A stretch of 64,000 nt of DNA from an uncultured Polyangiaceae bacterium (GTDB lineage Bacteria > Myxococcota_A > Polyangia > Polyangiales > Polyangiaceae): NCBI GenBank assembly GCA_964648165.1, contig CAZYKT010000001.1, positions 27,258 to 91,257 on the forward strand. Direction: 5' to 3'. Positions within the stretch are counted from its first letter, which is position 1. Each line of letters opens with the position of its first letter. The position numbers and the translations under genes were made by a program. The notes under the pieces were generated by a model. The model ran no database searches. It saw only the letters and a program-made list of their open reading frames with translations, and was not told the origin of the DNA. Below, one piece after another: positions 58,278 to 64,000 of this stretch.

Positions 58278-59090
58278 TCAGCCCTTACCGAGCTCTTGGG
58301 CTCGAGCCGTGGCGGCTCGAACCGCCTCCAGCAGCGCATGGCGAAGCCCCGCCTGTTCCAGCGCTGCCAAACCCGCAATGGTCGTCCCCGCCGGGCTGGT
58401 GACTCGATCCCGCAGCTCGGAGGGGTGCTCACCGCTCTCCAGAACCCAGCGGGCAGCACCCAGGACCGTCTGAGCGGCCAAGGTCCGGGCCACCCCGCGG
58501 GGCAATCCGGCGCGGACGCCGGCATCCGAAAGGGCCTCGATCACGACCAGTACGAAGGCAGGTCCGCTGCCCGACAGACCGGTCACCGCATCCATGCTGC
58601 CTTCCGGCACCTCCACCACCTGGCCCACCGACTCGAAGAGCTCACGCGCGGTCGCCAAATCCGCATCCTGAGCGCGCAGGCCCCGACACAAGGCGGTCAC
58701 GCCGCTCTTGACCACCAACGGCGCGTTGGGCATGGCCCGCACCACTCGGACCGAATCCGCCACGCGGCCTTCCAAGTGAGCCGTGGATATACCGGCAGCG
58801 ATCGAGACCAACAGCGTACCCGGTTGGATACTCCCCTCCAGATCCTTCAGTACGCCGTTGACCTGCTGGGGCTTGACGGCCAAAACGAGTAGGTTCGCCC
58901 AGCGCACCAGCTCCCTGTTGTTCGCTGCGGCGCCGACACCATGTCGCTTTGCCAGTTCAGCGACCCTGTCGGTTTGGCAATCACTCAACCGAATGGACTG
59001 CGCGTCGATGGTGCGAGCCCCGAGGACTCCCACCAGTAGGGCGGTTCCCATGTTGCCAGTTCCCAGGATGCCGAGTCGGAGGTTTTCCAT
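58278..59090 (-). CDS. proC: Pyrroline-5-carboxylate reductase
   Basis: LGILGTGNMGTAL (NADP fold), VRAMPNAP, GSGPAF and VTSPAGTTIAGL. Confidence 0.9.
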   Translation of the reverse strand: MENLRLGILGTGNMGTALLVGVLGARTIDAQSIRLSDCQTDRVAELAKRHGVGAAANNRELVRWANLLVLAVKPQQVNGVLKDLEGSIQPGTLLVSIAAGISTAHLEGRVADSVRVVRAMPNAPLVVKSGVTALCRGLRAQDADLATARELFESVGQVVEVPEGSMDAVTGLSGSGPAFVLVVIEALSDAGVRAGLPRGVARTLAAQTVLGAARWVLESGEHPSELRDRVTSPAGTTIAGLAALEQAGLRHALLEAVRAATARAQELGKG

Positions 59091-59199
59091 ACGTGGGAAG
59101 AATGCCCCGGATCGGTCGTCGAGGGCAACCGGCAGCCCCGAATCATGGTCGTGGGGCCGAGTCCAGGCGAAGAAATGGGGTCACTGTTGGGGCCAAGTC

Positions 59200-60792
59200 C
59201 TACTGGCACCCGGCATTGAAGCGCTCGGATCCGTTCCAGTCACACTCACCCGTGATGCAATCGGCCAGGTTGTTGTTGAAGGACGAGGAGCCGAGATCCC
59301 AGACTTTGAACCAGCCGTTGTCGTCCCACAGCGACGTCGGGATCCCCCGGGGGGATGCGTTGTCGTGGTCCATCTTCTGGTACCACGCCCGAATATTGTT
59401 GCAGTCCATGGTCGTGTAGCGGCTGCCCCAGCCCACTCCCCATTCACCGATGTACACCGGCATTCCGTTTCCCGTCGACTCCGCCCAGGACAGCATGGTG
59501 TCCATGGGTGTGGACAGGTCGGTGTCGGTCCAAGAATCATCGTAACTCCCCTGGTTGTCTCCGCAGAACTCCCAGGGATTGTAGTGATGGAAGGTGGCCA
59601 TCAGATAGGGATCTTGCCCGTCTCCGACCCCGGACAGGTCAGTCCACACCTTGGCCATCTCGTCGGCGGCAAACCATTGGTTTCCGCCAATCGCCACGAT
59701 GCGCGTGGCGTCCACCGACCGGATCTTGGCGTACGCCAGGCTCACCATGGCGCGCAGATCTGCCGGGGGCATCGGAGAGTTGGATCCGTCGGACTGATGC
59801 GGTTCGTTGAGGATCTCGAACAGCAGGCGGCGGTCCCGGTTTGCGAAGATATCGGCAATGTCCGCCCACAGGCGCTCCAATACCGGGGCACGGCTACCGC
59901 TGTTGGTCTTCAGACCCGTCTCATGGTGAGCATTGATGATGACGTACAGGTCCGGCTTGGATAGGGCATAGTCTACCACCTGCTCGATCACCGAGAGCCG
60001 CGAGCTGGAGCGATTGACGTCACCGACCGTGGCGCTATTGACCAAGAGTTCCCCGCCCACGGCCTCGGTCCATGTAATGGGGATGCGGACGTTGCGGAAA
60101 CCCTTGGCATAATAGGCGTCGATTTTCTTCGAGATCGGCGCCAGGGCGCGCTCATTCTGAGTCATCTCGAAGGTCTGCCCAATGTTCACGCCCCTGCCCA
60201 TGGCAGCGGCAGCCTGAGCTGCGGTGATGCCCGGCAACACGGCACCGGCCGCTCCGGCATCGCCGCCAGCAGGGCTTGCGCCACTGGTCCCGCCCCCAGT
60301 CGGAGTCCCGCCAGAACCACTGCCCCCGCTGGTGTCGAACGCGCCACCGGTGCCGGGCACACCGCCATTGGGGGTTCCACCGCTGGCGCTGCCCCCAGCC
60401 GGGTTTCCGCCAGCGTCGGATGTGCCACCGGCATAGGGCACGCCGCCGGTCGATTGACTGCCGCCAGCTGCGGGTGACCCTCCCGTTGCGGGCACACCGC
60501 CGCCCGACTGGTGTCCACCACCACTTTGCGCGCCGCCTGGTCCGCCCATTCCTCCGGCACCCGCAGATCCACCCGCAGCGATCGAGCCTCCCGTGTTTGG
60601 GACGCCGCCGGAACCCGTTCTCCCACCGACGGGCGCCGCGCCCGCCTGTGCACGGCCCCCCGCCTCGCTACCAACAGTTCCAGCATGCTCGCCGCCCGTT
60701 GCGCCGCCGGCATCCCCCATGGGCGAACCGGTCGAACTCGCACAGGCCGTGGCACACGACAACACGACCAGGAATCGAGGCGAGTGGTGCAC
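59200..60792 (-). CDS. Glycoside hydrolase family 5 (endoglucanase-like) lipoprotein with a ~170-aa Gly-rich tether
   Basis: N-terminus MHHSPRFLVVLSCATAC (lipobox-like), then a GGxxxGG-type low-complexity stretch. The catalytic domain has GVNIGQTFE, FRNVRIPITW, IINAHHE, LLFEILNEP (acid/base Glu) and VYIGEWG (nucleophile Glu). Confidence 0.85.
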   Translation of the reverse strand: MHHSPRFLVVLSCATACASSTGSPMGDAGGATGGEHAGTVGSEAGGRAQAGAAPVGGRTGSGGVPNTGGSIAAGGSAGAGGMGGPGGAQSGGGHQSGGGVPATGGSPAAGGSQSTGGVPYAGGTSDAGGNPAGGSASGGTPNGGVPGTGGAFDTSGGSGSGGTPTGGGTSGASPAGGDAGAAGAVLPGITAAQAAAAMGRGVNIGQTFEMTQNERALAPISKKIDAYYAKGFRNVRIPITWTEAVGGELLVNSATVGDVNRSSSRLSVIEQVVDYALSKPDLYVIINAHHETGLKTNSGSRAPVLERLWADIADIFANRDRRLLFEILNEPHQSDGSNSPMPPADLRAMVSLAYAKIRSVDATRIVAIGGNQWFAADEMAKVWTDLSGVGDGQDPYLMATFHHYNPWEFCGDNQGSYDDSWTDTDLSTPMDTMLSWAESTGNGMPVYIGEWGVGWGSRYTTMDCNNIRAWYQKMDHDNASPRGIPTSLWDDNGWFKVWDLGSSSFNNNLADCITGECDWNGSERFNAGCQ

Positions 60793-60922
60793 CGTCAGTC
60801 TCCCAAGACTACGGGTTTGGCGCGTTCTGGAAGACTGTCAAGCGGCGTTCCAAGTGATACCAGGGCCGCTATTGGGTATAGGGTCGAAAACGTCCCCCCA
60901 AGGTCGAGCGCTATTGTTCTGG

Positions 60923-62965
60923 TCAAACGTTCGAGCGAGATTGCAGCGTCGGGCCAATGGGTTCCGGCGCAATGGGTGTTCGCGCGCGATGCCCATTGCC
61001 TCCGCGAGAGTTACGCCGCCTTACGCTGTCCCCTCGATACCGCCTCCAGGGCAGCAGCCCCACCAACAAACCCAAGACCCATAACGCCGGCTGTCTGGTG
61101 CCAACAGCGAAATCGCGACTGGTTCTGCAGCTGCAGCCGCTCGCCTCGTCGCCTGAAACGTCGCCTGGCTCGGCGGTGGTCGCGCCTGCACTGTTGACGC
61201 CTCCTACAGCGCTGGTCCCACCGCCCATGACGGCAGCAGCTCCGCCGTTGACCTCTCCACCGGTGCTGTGGGCACCGGCAACGGGGGCTGTTCCGCCGGA
61301 GCCCGGGTCGCCGCCTGCTGCAGAGGCCCCACCTCCGGCCGCCAGCCCACCGCTCCCTGAACCGGCGCTCGGAGCGGTGCCGCCACGCCCCATCGAGCCG
61401 CCGCTGGCCTGACCTCCGGCTGGCGTACCGCCCTCGGGGCTCGCTCCAGCTGCTGCCGAGCTTCCCCCGGTTGTTGGGGCACCGCCCCCACTGGTGATGC
61501 CGCCGCTGCTCTCGAGGCGGCCGCCATCCTCGGTTCCCCCGCTGCTGGGCGTGCCCCCGCTGTCCGGCGTGCCGCCGCCACTCTCGGTGCCACCAACGCC
61601 AAACGCGCCCCCGCTTTCCGGCGTGCCGCCCCCGGCTTCGCCACCGCCGCTGGTGACGCCTCCGGTGCTCGGGCTGCCTCCCGCCGAACCATCGCCCACG
61701 CTAAACTGCATGGTGGGACCAGTTTCACCGATTGCGTAGACCCTCAAGCCCGACTCGGAGCCATCGTTCCAGTTCGAACTCGGCGAGGTGTCCGTGGACC
61801 ACTCATCCTTGGTTCCGGCTCGGAAATAGTCGTTGGTATCGCTGCCCGGCGAGGGCCACATGGTCCCGTCAAGCTGCTTGTCGCCATCCGCCTGGACGAC
61901 CGCGAGTTCCAGGGGATCCGGTGGGCTATTGCCATCGATGCTGCCGTCGTAGTGTAAAGCGAGCAGTCCACTGCCCTGTAAGTAGTCCCAGCGTCCCGTG
62001 TTCTGCACGTTCGACCAGAAGAACAGTTCGTTGGGTTTGGCTGGGTTGACGAAGCGGTAGCCCGTTGCACTGGACGGTGCGGCCAGCGTGGCATTGGTCG
62101 CAGCGGTGATGTCGACGAGCGGGATCCAGCCCTGGTCGGCACGGAAGAAGTCGTTGACCGCCACCGGGTTGGTGTCGCTGCTGAAATTGCCCATGACGCA
62201 GTAGTCACCGAATCCATAAAGATCCGGCCAGCCAAAGAGCATGTGACCGGTCTCGTGAACGAACACGTACAGACCGAGGGAGTCGCCCATGTTGGTCATC
62301 TGATAGCGGCCCAGGGTGACGCCGTCGAAAGTCCGGCCAATCCAGCCCGAGTGGGGCCAAAGGCCTTGTCCCCAGGTGACCGAGGGCCCCGCGTAGACGA
62401 TGTTGATGGCCTCCGCCGTGCCGTCCCCGTCGTTGTCATATTCCGAAAAGTCGACGTCGGTGTCGACTGCGGTGAGCAATTCCTGCACGAGCTGGGCGGC
62501 GCGATCGTAACTGCTGCTCGCCTCGTAGTAGCTTTTGGGGTTCGTGGCGCGGTAATAGTCCCGTACTGCATTTTGCAGATCGACGATGCCGTTCGAGACA
62601 TCGTAGTAGAAATCGTGCACCGAACCGTTGCAGCCAAAGCGCGAATAGCCCTCTAGATTCAGCCAGTCGCTGACCTCTTCCACGCTGAAGGTGCCCGACT
62701 GATCGCTAAAATCGACGAGTAGGGTGAGGCCTTTGACGGTGCCAGTCGGACGCGGGAAGAAATTCGTACCCGGGGCGTTTAGGCGGCCGCTCAAAGCAGA
62801 AACAGCCAGGCTCGGGCCTTGGATGTTCGGCCACGCGGGGACGATTTGACCCTGGTAAACGATGAGAGCCCCGGCAGGATCCTGCCAGAGCAGTATAGCG
62901 ACTGCCATCAGGGCTGCTCCGACAGCTGGTGATACGTTGGCGCATGTACGGGCTCGGTAGCGCAT
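60923..62965 (-). CDS. M6 (immune-inhibitor-A-like) zinc metalloprotease with a Gly-rich tether and MYXO-CTERM tail
   Basis: VFVHETGHMLFGWPDLY (HExxH followed by PDLY, as in M6 domains). About 190 aa of GG-rich low complexity follow, then SGCSCRTSRDFAVGTRQPALWVLGLLVGLLPWRRYRG. Confidence 0.8.
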   Translation of the reverse strand: MRYRARTCANVSPAVGAALMAVAILLWQDPAGALIVYQGQIVPAWPNIQGPSLAVSALSGRLNAPGTNFFPRPTGTVKGLTLLVDFSDQSGTFSVEEVSDWLNLEGYSRFGCNGSVHDFYYDVSNGIVDLQNAVRDYYRATNPKSYYEASSSYDRAAQLVQELLTAVDTDVDFSEYDNDGDGTAEAINIVYAGPSVTWGQGLWPHSGWIGRTFDGVTLGRYQMTNMGDSLGLYVFVHETGHMLFGWPDLYGFGDYCVMGNFSSDTNPVAVNDFFRADQGWIPLVDITAATNATLAAPSSATGYRFVNPAKPNELFFWSNVQNTGRWDYLQGSGLLALHYDGSIDGNSPPDPLELAVVQADGDKQLDGTMWPSPGSDTNDYFRAGTKDEWSTDTSPSSNWNDGSESGLRVYAIGETGPTMQFSVGDGSAGGSPSTGGVTSGGGEAGGGTPESGGAFGVGGTESGGGTPDSGGTPSSGGTEDGGRLESSGGITSGGGAPTTGGSSAAAGASPEGGTPAGGQASGGSMGRGGTAPSAGSGSGGLAAGGGASAAGGDPGSGGTAPVAGAHSTGGEVNGGAAAVMGGGTSAVGGVNSAGATTAEPGDVSGDEASGCSCRTSRDFAVGTRQPALWVLGLLVGLLPWRRYRGDSVRRRNSRGGNGHRARTPIAPEPIGPTLQSRSNV

Positions 62966-63613
62966 CGGCTCACCCTGTGTTGATGAATGGCTTCAAGCAG
63001 TCTCAGAAGCGCTCTGGACTATTTAGAATACATCATCTCGGTTCACCGTGCGGTGGTGACTCGCTCAGGCCCCGCAGCCGCTGCAGCGTGGTGCTCTCGA
63101 GTTACGCTTCGCCCTTTTCGAGAGGGCCTGCTCATTGCGCGCCAACCGCTCAGGGTGCCCGCCAGCCAAAGTCGACTGCCATGTGTGCGGCGATTGTCTG
63201 TGGGTAGGACGGTGTGACCGAATCACGCCGCCGCCTCACACATCCCGCTGGGTGGCGGTTCTCCTCGTCCTGCCCTGGTGCGCCGCTGGTCAAGCCCCCG
63301 GAATGGGGGGGGCGGATTTGCGCCCCCGACGACGGCAATTTTCCGCCAGCTTTGATCGACGCGCACGGTTGGCGGTCTGGTGCCGCCCCATGTGTAAACA
63401 AGTGTCGCACACGGAGTCCTTTCGACGCGGAGCGCTTCGCGAATCGAAAGGACGCGCGCCGGTGACAGCGGGTCGCGCGATCGGTTGACGGGGAAGTTCG
63501 TGAAGGTCATAGACATTTGGTCTCACCAAGTACGACCCGATCAGTCCGGCAGTCGCCAGCCGGAGAGGTTGTTCGGTCGCGATACAACCAGACATTCCCA
63601 ACGAGGTGACGCA

Positions 63614-64000
63614 GTGACGAATTTGCGAGTAGCTAGCCTTGGGCTGTGGGCCGCGTTGTACCTGACCGCTTGCTCAGGCTCCGATGCGTCACCCGAAGAC
63701 GGTTCGACTGCTGGCCACCAAACGGCCTCGGATACGGGAGGCACGCCCAGCATCGGTGGCGCAACGGTTGGCAGGGGGGGGCTCGGCAATGGTGGATCCT
63801 TCGGCGGGGTGTCGGGCGCCCTCAGCGGAGGCACCGGTGGAGGTCCAGTCGTTCCGGTGGGCGGGCAGAGCCAGGGAGGCGGCGGTCAGGGCACTACGGG
63901 CGGTTGGCAATCCGTCATCGGGGGGCAGAGCCCCTCGGGTGGAGCGGGAGCCGGTGGGCAATACCCCACAACGGGTGGTCAGGGTGGGATCTCCGGTGGT
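63614..64000 (+). CDS. Lipoprotein with a Gly-rich tether, 3' end outside the window
   Basis: I translated from the GTG at 63614: VTNLRVASLGLWAALYLTAC (lipobox LTAC), then SGSDASPEDGSTAGHQ...GGLGNGGSFGGVSGALSGGTGGG. The frame is open to nt 64000. It is absent from the ORF track because no stop falls in the window. Confidence 0.55.
   Translation, partial: MTNLRVASLGLWAALYLTACSGSDASPEDGSTAGHQTASDTGGTPSIGGATVGRGGLGNGGSFGGVSGALSGGTGGGPVVPVGGQSQGGGGQGTTGGWQSVIGGQSPSGGAGAGGQYPTTGGQGGISGG

Noticed and set aside
60224-60436. Pro-rich ORFs (PPAGLAPLVPPPVGVPPEP...) at 60224..60436 and 61494..61739
   Set aside because: They are the reverse-frame reading of the GGx-rich tether codons of the GH5 and M6 genes and are not independent genes.
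63135-63488. 117-aa plus-strand ORF and other 80-100-aa ORFs in the 62966..63613 gap
   Set aside because: They are Cys/Arg/Trp-rich with no start context or motifs. I did not call them as genes. The region is kept as an open finding only.

Overview
High-GC bacterial chromosomal DNA (GC judged by eye, not computed). Lineage markers point to Myxococcota: two MYXO-CTERM-type sorting tails (GCSC, hydrophobic stretch, Arg cluster), large multidomain eukaryote-like Ser/Thr kinases, a PilZ protein, giant TPR proteins and Gly-rich tethered exo-enzymes. I call 41 protein-coding genes (two cut by the window edges), one tRNA-Gln(UUG), one 28-bp tandem repeat array and a few candidate regulatory sites. 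I saw no rRNA, CRISPR, transposase, integrase, phage or PKS/NRPS genes. The backbone is housekeeping: P-type ATPase, ilvE, aminotransferase, tsaE, grpE-dnaK, dnaA, ccmE-hemE-hemY, ECF sigma/anti-sigma, PP2C, rpiA, aspartate kinase, uvrD, mlaE and proC. It is interleaved with lineage-specific genes of unknown function, and the last ~5 kb is a block of secreted hydrolases (GH5, M6 protease). I cannot point to one unambiguous new system. The best candidates for follow-up are: (1) a self-contained three-gene unit of an orphan MlaE permease flanked by two large lipoproteins, with no MlaF or MlaD; (2) a Cys-variant (CxxxY) CcmE heme chaperone tightly linked to hemE-hemY, away from any ccm genes; (3) a 28-bp, ~5.7-copy non-coding tandem array starting one nucleotide after a stop codon; (4) an ECF sigma/anti-sigma pair next to a PP2C phosphatase and an HtrA/DegS-like PDZ protein whose catalytic triad is fully substituted; (5) a 2501-aa TPR scaffold co-transcribed with a disordered Pro/Ala-rich partner; (6) dnaA separated from all classical origin-proximal neighbours. 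All functional calls rest on motifs read by eye from the supplied translations. No searches were run.
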